Origin: Azolla caroliniana | Taxonomy: Eukaryota > Plantae > Polypodiophyta | Direction of reading: 5' to 3' | Length of the DNA: 64,000 bases | NCBI GenBank assembly: GCA_043228905.1 | Contig: JBHGNT010000018.1 | Coordinates: 1,860,001 to 1,924,000, forward strand | In this document: piece by piece, positions 49,901 through 61,499 of the stretch | Layout: the number at the start of each line of letters is the position of its first letter | Position numbering within the stretch: position 1 is the stretch's first letter | The notes under the pieces: generated by a model | The model's database searches: none | What the model was told of the DNA's origin: nothing | The model's input: only the letters and a program-made list of their open reading frames with translations | Program-made: the position numbers and the translations under genes

Positions 49901-50144
49901 ATGTCATCAGCCACACGTCTCCTATGCCGGCAATCCGGCATGTGCCTTCATTTCCCATCCGAACACAGCCATGCTCACCGGTTGTGTAGGATGAGAAGTA
50001 TCTTCTCTCCGGGGTCAGGTGGAACGATGCTCCGGAATCGACCACCCAGGTCGTCTCATCGCCGGCAATGTTTAGTTCACCTTCTTCGGTGATGAGCATG
50101 ATTTCTTCCTCACTTGCCGCGAGTGCCGTCGTTCCTTTCCGGTC
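46923..50144 (-). CDS. pol: Copia C pol (PR-IN-RT-RNaseH), open and in frame with gag behind a single TAG
   Basis: WVVDSGAS, LWHKRLCH...CTDC, RADNGGEY, DVKTAFLHG, LLYVDDML, GFTDSDM, STTEAEY. Confidence 0.9.
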   Translation of the reverse strand, partial: DRKGTTALAASEEEIMLITEEGELNIAGDETTWVVDSGASFHLTPERRYFSSYTTGEHGCVRMGNEGTCRIAGIGDVWLMTSTGCKMLLKDVRHVPEVRLNLISAGRLDDEGYTGSIRNGVMKFSKGSLIVARARKDNTLYLMNARLCPEELNVAADTAGELWHKRLCHMSEKGMKRLAEDNLIPVKHVHLEKCTDCLAGKQNRTSFHSRPPTRRSAPLELVHTDVCQVETKSHGGAQYFVTFIDDHSRKLWTAPLKTKDQVLCVFKELHARVERESGKKLKAIRADNGGEYRGQFQEYCRSKGIRLEFTVPKTPELNGLAERMNRTIMERVRSMLAHAKLPKGFWAEAMSTATYVINRSPSVPLDGDTPQKVWTGKEVSYRHLKVFGCLAYVHVAKDRRGKLDPKTRPCIFLGYGDDEFGYRVWDPVDKKIFRSRDIIFMEDKTLADWESEKKMKSSKSTGEDQLYEEQSRPARDRLALEDPAEDGEETEPAEEDENNTGTGPDPEMDSDEEESEEPVTEAPERRYPLRERRAPRRFPEPEHVLLTDEGEPESFEEAKHDTHSRRWLSAMQEEMDSLHENHTYELVELPKGKRALRNKWVFKLKPGDAGNPPRYKAKIVVKGFQQKKGVDFDEIFAPVVKMTSIRTVLSIAASMDLEVEQMDVKTAFLHGDLDEEIYMQQPEGFEKKGKEHLVCRLKKSLYGLKQAPWQWYRKFDSFMTDEGYLKTQSDHCVFVKKFEGGDFLILLLYVDDMLIVGRDQVKIRMLKKALHRTFSMKDLGPARQILGMHIIRDRKKKQLWLSQEKYVTKVLHRFNMSEARPVGSTLPTNCKLSSKQSPKTKVEKEDMMKIPYASAVGSLMYAMVCTRPDIGYAVGVVSRYMSNPGKEHWNAVKWILRYLKGTSNMCLRFGSGKPELDGFTDSDMSADADTSRSTSGYVMTYAGGAVSWQSRLQKTVALSTTEAEYMAAVEAGKEIIWMKDFVRELGIRQEEYRLYCDSQSAIHLAKNAAYHSRTKHIQRRYHWIRERIEDKEFVLTKIHTDENGSDMLTKVLTPDKLEACRKRIGLERHPMPK

Positions 50145-50996
50145 CTACCCTCGCCGATCCGGACCTCTCCGGTCCGTGGCTCCCCGGTATGCACCGTTTC
50201 TCTCCGGTGACTTCTTCGAATCGGTGTCGTCGGCTCCGTTGTCCTTTCGGTAATGCCGACAATTCTTCCGGAAGTGCCCCGGCTTCCCACAGTGGAAGCA
50301 GGTGGGTCTTCCTCTTGACTGCGACCGGGTCCCCGACTTCTCCCGTCTTTGCGGACTCCGGTTCCAGTGTCTTCCCCGTTCCGATTCGGTAAGCAGCGCC
50401 TTCGAGTCGGAGGCCGGTTCTTTATCTCTCCGACGCGCTTCTTCGTTCAAAATACTTGTCTTTACCGTTTGTAGGGACAAGTTATCTTCCGTGCAGGAGG
50501 TGTTGAGAGTCACCACCAAGTTCTCCCAGCTTTCCGGCAATGTACACATCAGAATGATGGCTTGCATTGCATCCTCCAGCGGGAACTTGATCGCCGCAAG
50601 CTGGTTCATGAATCCCATGAACGTGCTTACGTGTTCCACCATACTCTCGTCGTCCCGGTACTTGAGGTTCACTATCTTCCTCATCAGGGAGGTCCGGTTC
50701 AACGCATTCTTCCTCTCGTAGAGGCCCGACAGCTTCCGCCACATCTCATATGCGTTGATGTCGTTCGCCACATGTTGTAGAACGCTCACGTCGACGTATT
50801 GCCGAATGGTTGCAACGGCTTTCCGGTTCAGAAGCCTCCATTCCGACTCAAGTACCCCCTTCGGTATTTCCGACCTGTCAATCGGTTCGTACAGGTCCCG
50901 AACAATCAGAAGATCCTCCATCTTGATCTTCCAGTCGGCGTAATTCTGCGCATTTAGCACCATCATCCCTGGCTGCCCGCTGCTGCCGCCTTCCAT
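50145..50996 (-). CDS. gag: Copia C gag with CCHC knuckle, ending at an in-frame TAG
   Basis: MEGGSSGQ...NYADWKIKMEDLL...LPESWE...CFHCGKPGHFRKNC...DRRG*. Confidence 0.88.
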   Translation of the reverse strand: MEGGSSGQPGMMVLNAQNYADWKIKMEDLLIVRDLYEPIDRSEIPKGVLESEWRLLNRKAVATIRQYVDVSVLQHVANDINAYEMWRKLSGLYERKNALNRTSLMRKIVNLKYRDDESMVEHVSTFMGFMNQLAAIKFPLEDAMQAIILMCTLPESWENLVVTLNTSCTEDNLSLQTVKTSILNEEARRRDKEPASDSKALLTESERGRHWNRSPQRREKSGTRSQSRGRPTCFHCGKPGHFRKNCRHYRKDNGADDTDSKKSPERNGAYRGATDRRGPDRRG

Positions 50997-51027
50997 TTTC
51001 TGCACTGCAGTCGCTCTGATACCAGTT

Positions 51028-51714
51028 TGTTGGGAATCGACGCTTCGATTCACCTTCACCGCTCGGCCACAACCGAGTAATCGCGAATCAATGCAGCAGA
51101 AAATAGGAACCACGGAGAGAAACACACAAATACACAGGGATTAACGTGGAAAACCCTAGACGGGAAAAACCACGGGAGTGCAAGCCTCCAACTATCACTA
51201 TGAACAGAGATGTACAATGGTGAAGCTACAAGGCAACAACCTTGAGTTCACTGTCTTCGCCACAGGCGGCGGTATTACACAGAGGCGTCGACCTCTTCCT
51301 CTCTCACGCTCTATCTCTCTCACGGCTGCTCTCTCTCTTCACTCCTCTTGAGTGGAAAAACACAGAAAAATGAGTAGCAACAACAACATTTAAACTGTTT
51401 GCCCTAAGTCATATTTATACACATATGACTTTCGGACTATTTACAAATATAGCCTCAAGGGCTCTTGGCAAACATATTCACAAATATGTCCCCGCATCCG
51501 GATCTCTCTCCGGGTACATTCGTCATCCGGCTCCGTAACCGGGGTCTTCAGCATCCGGCTCCGTAGCCGGGGTCTTCAGCATCCGGCTCCGTAGCCGGAG
51601 TCTTCAGCATCCGGCTCCGTAGTCGAGGTCTTCAGCATCCGGCTCCGTAACCGCAACCGGGCTTGCCGTCATTCATCTCCGGACATCCCATCCGGAGGGA
51701 CCGAAATCCCAGCA
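51028..51714 (-). repeat. 5' LTR of copia C
   Basis: Direct repeat of 46226-46912; adjacent to the PBS. Confidence 0.93.
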
Positions 51715-51869
51715 GAATATTCCAAATATCTTGTAATAACTAAAAATATAATTATTACTACACATCATATATGTTATTACAATCGTTAAAGGTTCAACAC
51801 ATAGACCAAGAAGTTGTTGGTTCCACTCATGATAATCCAAAATGTATGTCTTCATGAAGATATAGAATT

Positions 51870-53029
51870 GAACCGTCAGTGTTCAGTTCTAGGGTTCTTC
51901 GGGTCTCGCACTACATTGCTTCTAAGTGCATCAGCGAAGTCAACGCAGTCTCTCCGGATGTGGCTGACAACATTGCACCACATGCATCTCTAGTCTACTG
52001 GTGGGCGCCGATCACGTGATTGGCCACCACCTTCCGTCCAGGCCTGAGCAATCTGGAGGTCTCTCACCATCTTCATTAGCTCCTCCAGAACCGCGCCCAA
52101 CTCGAGCCACCTTCGTGTTTTCTCCGACCATGTCGAAATCGGTTCCACCTTCGTGTTTTCTCCGATTGTGTCGCAATCGGTTCATTCGGCTTCTTCCCTC
52201 GACGGCACACAATTTGTCGAAATGGCTACAAACTCTTTATACCATGGCTCAATCGGCCATGAGCCCTTCATCTGTCTCCAATAGGAAACCTACCTTTTCT
52301 CGTTCAAGTGGATTGACCAACTTGATAAATAACAAGGCCTTGATCGTGTTGAGCACAGTCTGGTCCAATGTCGGAAGACGCGCAAAACGCTTCTCAAGCT
52401 CCTGGAGAAGCACCAAGGTGTTTTGGCCTTTACCGGGGAGCTTGACCCACTCCATAAATGCCCTTTTCGACAACTGGAGCGAGTTGTCAAAGCCGTACCT
52501 CTCGAGGAGTCACTCCTCAAGCTCCAACCAGTTCCAACAATTAGCCTGAATCTCGAGCACCTTTGCATGGATGCTTGGCGTCACTACTCGCAGAAATCCA
52601 GACAGCCATCTATCCTCCAGTATGGCCCACATTATCCTTTCGGCCCAGTAGGCCTCCAAATAGTTGGTTGCATCCTTTCCATTTGAATCGGCCTATCCTA
52701 ATGACTATCATTTCGATGTCCCTGTTGAGGCCACCCGCGCTTTCACACGCATTCACCAGGCGGTCAACAACCACCGCCATTGCCTCCAGAAGCTTGCTTC
52801 CCCTCATCTTGAACTCCTTTGTCGCCCATGTTTCACATCGGTTTATCAAAGATGTCGTGAAAGTCCGTGGGTATGTGTTGAAACGGGGCAGGACCACCGG
52901 AGTCTCGGACCAAGGAGCTGGTGAGAGAAAAAGGTTGCCTGGATCAGTTCAGGATAGCTTCGCCAGATCAGTTTCCGGACACGTATCTGATCCGAATCGA
53001 TCCTCAGATGCCAGAAAGTGAGTGCAAGG
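51870..53029 (-). mobile_element. Old fragment of the Trp-primed gypsy lineage (gag 5' part, degenerate PBS 52832-52848, LTR from 52853); its LTR resumes at 61177 after gypsy copy 3
   Basis: LLEAMAVVVDRLVNA, LLQELEKRFARL and EKVGFLLETDEGL match gag of copies 1 and 3; 52853-53029 joined to 61177 onward is colinear with the LTR at 62159. Confidence 0.75.
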
Positions 53030-53085
53030 TGTCGCGTTGTTACGCGCGTGCACGTAGAAGGGCGGGACCACGGGGGTCTTGGACC

Positions 53086-53125
<40 letters not shown>

Positions 53126-53715
53126 GGCGAGAGATTCACAGACACGCAGAAGCGAGAAGGAGAGATATAGAACGGAACCCTTGATTACAATAACAAGAGA
53201 TTACAAACTCCGACGGTTACAACCGTCAAGGCGGCGATGGACCCGACACGGGAACCCTACTCACGCACACAGACGGAACACACTCGACCTAGAGAAACGC
53301 AAAAGGAAAAGCCTCTGCTGACAGCGCACGGGCTACCCACAAAGCAGAGGCGTCGAACTCCCCCCCCCCCCCGCACCCACAGAGAATGACGGTCGGAGGA
53401 GTAGAGAGAGTTCGACTCTCGGTTCTGCAGCACTTCATCCTCCTTAACACGCGATCCCCCCTCCTCCTTCTCTCCTCTCCTTAAATAGTTCCCAAAAAGG
53501 GGTGCCCCTTTCCCTAGTCAAATCGCTTTATTCCCTATCCCTTCTGACAGAGATACGCACAATCCCTCCTAATAAATGTGCACTACTTAGTATTTACATT
53601 AGTTCATCCATTTATGAATCAATATCAAAATATCAATTCATGTGTCCATTCGTGTAAGAGCCGATTCGTGCGCCTTTTTGCTCGAATCCGCCTATGGCCG
53701 GTTTTCTTCACGACA
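53030..53715 (-). repeat. 3' LTR of gypsy copy 3 (686 bp)
   Basis: Direct repeat of 60294-61176 apart from the 5' LTR insertion and scattered substitutions. Confidence 0.92.
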
Positions 53716-56700
53716 TCCGCCCCCACCAAACCGCGCATCCACTGGCATGCGCCAGAGACGGGTTGATACTGAAGAAAACCGGCTTCAGTCGGCGCTCTCT
53801 GATTCTTTGCCGAGCCCGAACTGATCGTCGTTGTCGCTCTCGTCCACGCCCTCTGGGTCCGGCTCTTCCTCGAACCGCTTCTTGAACGCTTTGATCTGCT
53901 TCCCAGCCACCAGTACTGCTAGTCGTGTCCCGTCAACTTCCGTGAGGTGGTACGTGCCGTTGTCGTTCGCGCTCGTCACCGTGTAGGGCCCGAACCATCT
54001 CCTCGCGAACTTTCGCACCGCCTTGTGCTGATTGTCGAGGTTGTTGTCGTACACCAAGACCCAGTCACCTTCCTCGATCTTCTTTGGTCGCAACCGGTGC
54101 ATCTGGTTGAACCGGGTCTTGTTCCATTCCCTTGCCGCCTGCAGCTTTTCCTTTGCCCATTTCATGTCCTCCGGCCTCCGCTCGAGCTGCTGAATCCGCG
54201 CTGCCAGCAACTCCTCCCGACTCATCTCGCCCTTCCAATCTACCGCCGCCCACGAAGAAACCGTCTGTTCCACCAGCATGATCGGCTTCTGTCCATACAT
54301 CAGCTCTGCCGGCATAAACCCTGTTACCGAACTGTGCGTAGTTCGATCCGCCCATAGTGCGTAAGGAAGGAGTCGCGGCCAATTCCCGACCTGCCCTCTG
54401 CATGCATGCACCAACGCCTTTACGATCGGCCCATGCCCACGTTCTACCTTTCTGTTCACCTCCGGATTGTATGCCGTAGTGAGGGAGAGTCTAACCCCTA
54501 GTCGGTCGAACAGCTCCTCAGCGTCCCGCGCATCCAGCTCTCCCCGGTTCGTCACGATCCTCCCGACGCACCCGTACCGACACACTACTTCTTCAATCAG
54601 GAACCGGCATACCGTCGCGGTTGTCTTGTTCTGTAGTGCACAACCTTCCACCTGGTTTGTTAAGTCTTCTCGCACAAGCACCAGGTATCGCGTCTGTCCT
54701 ACTTGCATCGGCATCGTCACCAAGCCTACCATCCACTTGAAATGGACCATAGGCGGGTAGGTCGGGTGTAGCTCGTCCCGATGTCAGACCACGGAGTGCA
54801 TCTGACAGCTTTCGCAAGTCGTTACGAACCGATGGACGTCCCGGTACAGCCCCGGCCACCAGTACTTCTCCTTCAGCTTCTCGAATGTGGCCCACGTTCC
54901 GCGGTGCCCGGCCCAGGGACTCTCATGAAATGCCGCCAGTAGTCCCCCTTGTTCTTCTTTCTTTGCCACTACTCGGAGCGGGATGCCGTTTTTCTTCTTT
55001 GGGTGCCTCCATATACACCCGTCCCGTAGGAAGAATTGGTACGCCTTCTTCCGTACCCGGCTCGCCTCTTCTCTCGTCCACGCTGCATCCGGCGTCATCG
55101 CCCGTAGGAACCTCCCGATTTGGAGCCACTCCCCATCATACCTGCTTTCGTCAAATTCGTTAAGCGCCGGAGTGTCCCTTTTTCTCGTCGTTACGTTAGC
55201 CGACCCGAAGAAGTCCTCGCCGACTTCTTCGTCATCCGAAACCATGCCGTCTTCGTCGTTGAACCTCGCTCTCGAAAGCATGTCAACCAAGGTGTTATCT
55301 TTTCCGGATATGTGCCGTATTTCCGGGTTCAGGGACTTAATGTACGCTATCCACCGGGGCATTGCTAGGTCCGGCGTCGTGCATCTGAAAACCATGCCGA
55401 GTATCGGCAGTTAGTCCGTCTCAATGATCACCTCCGTCCCGATCAGATAGTCCTTGTCGGCCTTGACTGCCGAAACAATACCCCAAAGCTCACGCTTAAC
55501 TTGGGCGTATCCTCGCTACCGCTCGCTCAATACCTTTGCCCCGAACCGGATTGGGAACCGTACGCTGTCCTTGTCCTCCTGACTGATTACCCACCCGATC
55601 CCGGTCGTGCTCATGTCCACCGTCACGCAAATGGGGACATCCTTGTTGTAAACCGCTTTTCGGAGAGCCAGTGCTACCGTAAGCGCCTCCTTTAGTCTCC
55701 GTACCGACTCCGTGTGCTCCGTCCTCCACTCGAACCCACGCCCTTTCTTCAATAGCCCGTAGAGAGGCTCCGCAACATGCGCGTAGTGCGAAACCCAGAT
55801 GTGGTAGAACGTGCATGCTCCCAAGAATCTGCGGACCTCTGTGACCGACCCGCAATCGTCCCTCATCGCCAAGATGGCCTCCACCTTTGCCGGAGATGGT
55901 TTCCTACCGTAGGGCCCGCACAGGTGTCCGACCACCAAGATCTCCGACTGCCCGAATGCCGATTTTTCTCCGGAGAAGGTGAGTCGTGCGTTTTCGAGCT
56001 TCTGCAGCACCTTCTCACAGTCGTTGATGTGGTTCACGACGAACCTTCGGCATCCGTCTAGCCCGACAGTCTCGTCCGCGTCATCCACCGGACACCCCTT
56101 TATCGGGATATCGTCCAAGAATGGTATGGTGATGTCCAGGATGCAGTCCCTTAGCACCTTATTCAATGCGTTCACCATATGCGCCACCGAATTCGTCCCA
56201 CCTTGTGGTAGGGTACACATCCGTACTAGGCCAAGAGGGGTTCGCATCGTCGTGATATCCCTGCTCTCGACTACTAGCTGGAACTGATCGTACCCCGAGT
56301 ATAAGTCACCGACCGAATAGATCGACCTTCCAGCGAAGGCCTCCGCGAACTCTTCTATGGTCGGTCCGATTCCTGCGTTACGGATGGTCACCCTGTTGAC
56401 CGGTTGCAGGTCCTGAATGAAGCGCAGCGTGTCGTTCTTCTTTGGCACCATAAACCACCAGTTCGAATACAAGGCACTCGACGGTTCGAGGATGCCCATC
56501 TCCACCCTCTGCTTTAGAAGCTCCATCAACTTCGGGATGTGAGCTCTCGGCACCGGAATTGGTTTGAGATTCCACGGTACATGCGGTACCGTGAAGATCA
56601 CCATCGGTTCGACGATTGTCGGGTCCATGCACCCGATCTCCTCCAGCGAGAACGCGAAGGCTTTCCCATGCCTTCCGAGCATTCTCCGAAACCTGTCCTC

Positions 56701-57196
56701 CTCCGCCGGCAGTAGGAAGCCACCCCCACCGACCTTGAGCTCCCATAGCGTTATGTCGGTGAACCGGTGCCCTATGCTAGCCGGATTCCGTAAACTTGGG
56801 TCCGACACGACCCCCTTTATCCGCTCCTAGCTGCGCTCCGGCAAGGGTGCCGCGATTGGTCTCACCTTCCGGTCCACAGTCTTATACTTTGTATCCACAC
56901 GGGCCGTCCAATCCGACCTGATCCTTTCCCCGAAGTCCGTGATGACTTCGTACATTCCCATCGAACTAACCGGAATGGTCTGGTTTTCTCTAAGGCCTTC
57001 ACCGATCACCTTTCGCAACTCGCCCAAGGTGTCGTCAAAAGAGACCGCCTCCACGGCGCCGCTAATCTCTTCGTTGGGGGAGAGGACTCTGCATCCCCTA
57101 AGCCGCTCCTTCGCTCGCTTCCTTTCCTGGCCGCTGATGCTGGCTATAGTACAACCTCCGTTTTCGGAAAACCAAAACATCCTACCTACTGTACAT

Positions 57197-57264
57197 GTGT
57201 GGGGTTCTTCCAGTACGTCCGAACTACCGCGGCCCCACACCTTGATAGCCCTCTATAAAAATCC
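57197..57264 (-). promoter_or_regulatory. Predicted -1 frameshift signal of gypsy copy 3
   Basis: Minus strand reads GGATTTT-TATAGA-GGGCTATC...GTGTGGGG...GGTAGTTC...CCCCACAC. Confidence 0.72.
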
Positions 57265-58203
57265 TCTCGATTGTCGCCACCGAGGGTCTCACGATTCCAC
57301 TCATGGTTCGGACGTACAGTCATGAATTGGATGGAATGCCGACCGTCCTGGCTCTTGACGCACGCATACGCCGAACCGTTGTCCAGCACCTTCGTCTCCA
57401 TGCGTGCTACCGTAATGTATGGTTCATCGAGAATCATCGGGTGCGAGGATGTTTCCTGCACGAAGAAATGTTGATCTATCTCGACGTCACCGACCTTTAC
57501 GCGTATATCCGGGCACGCACCATGCAGCTCCTCCGTAGCACGCGTCGCCGCGCGTATCTTCCACCCATGCTTGGTGTTGATCGGCCATTTACCCCTCTTG
57601 TAGAAATCCATGGACATAAGGTTGATTTTGGATCCATGGTCTACTAAGGCCACCACCGGTTCCGGAACGTCGTCGATCCGCACAGGGGTTTCCATAGTTG
57701 CCCTGGCCCAATGCGGCTTCGCGTAGTAGCTTTCCGCCAACTCGTCTTCTAGGGCCACGTCTTCTAAGTGCGTAGTCTACACCTCCACCGGCTTCTCCAG
57801 TTTTGGCTCTGTCGAGAGCCTCTTCCGCTTCACCAAGTCTACGATGGAGTCGTGGAACTCCCTCTTGGCGATTCCCAACACCTCCCCCAACAACAGCTCC
57901 ACTTTACTGTCGAGGATACGTTCCTCCCGGACCTTTCGCAGGTATGTGGTCCTTTCGATTTCGCTGCTCAATCGAAACCCTGCTTGCTTCTTTCCGTCTG
58001 GCGCACCTGGGTTGCCGGCACTGGTCGGTTTCGGTCCGAACCGGGTCTCATACCTTTGCGGGGGACCGACCCCTCTGGCCTTTCATGCCCGTTTGTCCTC
58101 CACCAGAACCTCGTAGTTCTAGCAAGCGGCTTCTACGAAGCCCGTTTTCTCTTCGACTGGATCGTCCCAACCGGTGACCTCCTAGACCCTCTGCTCCGCG
58201 CGG

Positions 58204-59058
58204 TGTCGTCGTGTAATTCGTACACTACGTGAAAATTTACATTTTTGGTCTCTCCGGATAGGACATGGAGTACCCGGTGAGAACCAGAAGAAGGAACCTA
58301 TAAGGACCGAAACCGGCAAGGAGACCCGGCAAGAGCCGGATGAAGAAGGCCGGTGAGAGTCGGTAAGAACCGGACAAAGAAAACTATCAAGCACTGGATG
58401 AAGCAAAACCAGAAAGAGCCGGATGAAGAAGGCCGGTGAGAGTCTTTCATCGGATGAAGAGACGTATTTGTAAATAGAAGAAAGTATAAAAATATATATA
58501 TAACATGCATAGGGCAAGATTCGAACCTTGCACCTCCATGTTAATAATGTTAAGCCTTATCATTATAGTAGGGTATTATGAATTTTAAAGTTATACTAAA
58601 CTTTATTCCATGTAAAATTTCTATACATGCATGGTACAAAAGTTATTCATGCATAGACACTCGAGTTAGAAAGAAAAGATGAGATAGAAAGCTAATCATG
58701 CACATGCAGTGTGCATGAAAACTAAAGATAGAAAAAGCATGATGCTTGCATGTGATAAACTTAGACTCTTCCAACACTATGTAAGGAAGAGAGAAAGATG
58801 TATAGAGGTTGTTGATTATTTTACAAGGGTTGATTAATATAAGATAATCGTGGGATTCACAAATTTGCTAACTATTCTCTCTTAATTTGATTACTCACTA
58901 ATACACTATACTCGTGGGATTCACGAGGTTTTCATATCTTTCTTTCTTACAATATATTTCATATTCTTAATTGCCTTAGAATTTTCTTTCCTCCTAGTCC
59001 AAAACCCCAGCGGTTCCCACCCGACTCACGCAACGATCTAGAGCCGAAAGGCACAACA
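58204..59058. mobile_element. Solo LTR (855 bp) with a 4-bp TSD, inserted in gag of gypsy copy 3
   Basis: TGTCGTCG...GCACAACA termini; GCGG on both sides; removing it restores gag EEADRAEQRV. Confidence 0.85.
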
Positions 59059-60271
59059 GCGGTCCGCCTCTTCCTTCTTCAACCAAACTCCGGGGAGGCC
59101 TTCTAGCACTAGCGGCCAGAATCCGGAGTCCTTCGCCTTCCGGGTCTCATCACCCCCGACCCGAATTCCTGTCGACATTGAGTAGTTAACGGCTTCAACG
59201 TGCCATGCCACGGCCTCTTCCATCAACCTCTTCATTCCGCCGCGCCCCATATTTAGTTCTAGGGCTCTCCGGGTCTCGCTCGTGTGCACTCGCCCGTTCT
59301 AGAGGTACACCACGTTGGTCCTGAGCACGTCGGTGAAATCCACGCAGTCCTTCCGAATGTGACCGATCGCGTCACACCACATGCACCGCTGCACAGCCAG
59401 CGGCCTCCGGTCGCGAGGTTGTTCGCTGCTGTCTCTCTGGGCCTGTGTGATCTGCAAGTCGCGTACCATCTGTGTCAGCTCCTCCAGAGCCACTCCTCCG
59501 GATGGGCCTCTGACCACGTCCTTCGATGCCGGCCCCGACTCTGGCCAGATTCGGGTCTCTTCCTTCCTACCGGCGGGCATCGATACCGGCTCCTCGAGCC
59601 TTCTCCCTGGGACCAACCCTGACCCCGACGAGCTTCCGTCGCTCCAATCGCGCCGTTTGTCGAAACGGTTGCAGACCCGTTTTACCACGGCCCAGTCTGT
59701 CGTGAGCCCTTCGTCCGTTTCCAATATGGGACCCACCTTTTCCCTATCGAGCGCATCCACCGACTTGACAAACAGTAGTACTCGACTCGTTTCGAGCACC
59801 GTTTGGTCCAGGGTCGACAACCGCGCGAACCGTTTTTCGAACTCCTGGAGGAGCACCTACGTGTTCCTCCCTTTTCCGGGGCTTTCCACCCACGCCATGA
59901 AGTCCTGCCTCGACAGCCAAAGCGAGTCATCAAACCCGTACTTCTCGAGGAGCTGCAGCTCGAACTCCTCCCAAGTCTGGCATCCGGCCAGCACCTCGAG
60001 CACCTCCGCGTGGATGCCCAGCATCACCACCCGAGGGAATCCGGACAGCCACCTGTCCACCGGGATATCCCTCATGATCATTTCGGCCCGGTAAGCCTCC
60101 AAATAACTTGTGGCGTCTTTCCCTCCGAACCGGCCTATAGAGCCGACGATTGATTCAATGGCTCTGTCGAGGGTACCCGTCCCCTCACGAGCGCTTACCA
60201 TCCGGTCGACAGCTACCGCCATTGCCTCTGCTAGCTCCGATCCCCTCATATTTCGACTCCTTTGCCGCCCG

Positions 60272-60289
60272 TTCACATCGGGTTCACCA
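60272..60289 (-). promoter_or_regulatory. tRNA-Trp primer-binding site of gypsy copy 3
   Basis: TGGTGAACCCGATGTGAA, one transition from the copy 1 PBS. Confidence 0.83.
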
Positions 60290-60293
60290 AATA

Positions 60294-60522
60294 TGTCGCG
60301 TTGTTACGCGCGTGTGCGTAGAAGGGCGAGACCACGGGGGTCTTGGACCGAGGAGAGATAGATAGATAGATAGATAGATTATATTATCGTCTTCGGAGAT
60401 CAAATATGACCTATGAGACCAAAAATATTACATTTCACGTGATACGTGTGAAAGTGAGTAGTGACTCTCGATGTTCAAGAACTTTACCAATGAATGTTGC
60501 AATCGAGAGTGCACATTGTGGT

Positions 60523-60576
<54 letters not shown>

Positions 60577-61176
60577 CGAGAGATTCACAGACACGCAGAA
60601 GCGAGAAAGAGAGATATAGAACGGAACCCTTGATTACAATAACAAGATATTACAATAACAAGAGATTACAAACTCCGACGGTTACAACCGGCAAGGCGGC
60701 AATGGACCCGACACAGGAACCCTACTCACGCACACAAACGGAACACACTGGACCTAGAGAAACGTAGAAGGAAAAGCCTCTGCTGGCAGCGCACGGGCTA
60801 CCCACGAAGCAGAGGCATCGAACTCCCCCCCCGCACCCATAGAGAATGGCGATCGGAGGAGGAGAGAGAGTTCGGCTCTCGGTCCTGTAGCACTTCGTCC
60901 TCCTTGACGCGCGATCCCCCCTTCCTCCTTCTCTCCTCTCCTTAAATAGTTCCCAAAAAGGGGTGCCCCTTTCCCTAGTCAAATCGCTTTATTCCCTGTC
61001 CCTTCTGACAGAGATACGCACAATCCCTCCTAATAAATGTGCACTACTTAGTATTTACATCAGTTCATCCATTTATGAATCAATATAAAAATATCAATTC
61101 ATGCGTCCATCCGTGTAAGAGCCGGTTCGTGCGCCTTTTTGCCCGAATCCGCCTATGGCCGGTTTTCTTCATGACA
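60294..61176 (-). repeat. 5' LTR of gypsy copy 3
   Basis: Adjacent to the PBS; matches the 3' LTR. Confidence 0.9.
60357..60525 (-). mobile_element. ~170-bp insertion with an (ATCT)n tail inside the LTR (GA)n tract; probable LINE/SINE 3' end
   Basis: Absent from the sister LTR, which has an uninterrupted GA tract at 53089-53120; ends in about 5 ATCT units on the minus strand. Confidence 0.65.
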
Positions 61177-61499
61177 ACGGTTTGGAGACGTAAACTATTC
61201 CGGACCGGTTTCCGAATAACAACGATAAGCTCACCGGTGCACACACTTGGATACGCACACTCAAACGAGAATAGAACAAAGATGAGATTAGAAGCTCGGG
61301 ATGTGACGAACACACAACAAATAGAGATGGCGTAGAATTATCCAAACACGAACAGAGACTCAGCAAATACTAATAATTAACAAAGATAAACAGAAAGATT
61401 ACAACCGGACACGGCCGGTAGCAAAGCTACGAGATTCTGGCACTCAAACACACACACAATAGCGAGCCTCCGATCAGGTGTACATGTATCGTTGGTCGA

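Larger units (their letters stand above)
46226..51714 (-). mobile_element. Full-length young Ty1/copia element C (5489 bp)
   Basis: 687-bp LTRs (46226-46912, 51028-51714) with about 3 substitutions by eye; TSD GAATA; iMet PBS at 51024-51013; PPT at 46913-46926 overlapping the pol stop codon. Confidence 0.96.
53030..61176 (-). mobile_element. Full-length but decayed Ty3/gypsy copy 3 (tRNA-Trp-primed lineage)
   Basis: LTRs at 53030-53715 and 60294-61176; PBS 60289-60272; gag ATG at 60249; PR VDHGSKINLM; slippery site 57264-57258; RT PFLDDIPIKG; RNaseH; integrase ending at 53785; PPT 53716-53731; probable 4-bp TSD AAGG/ACGG. Confidence 0.92.
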
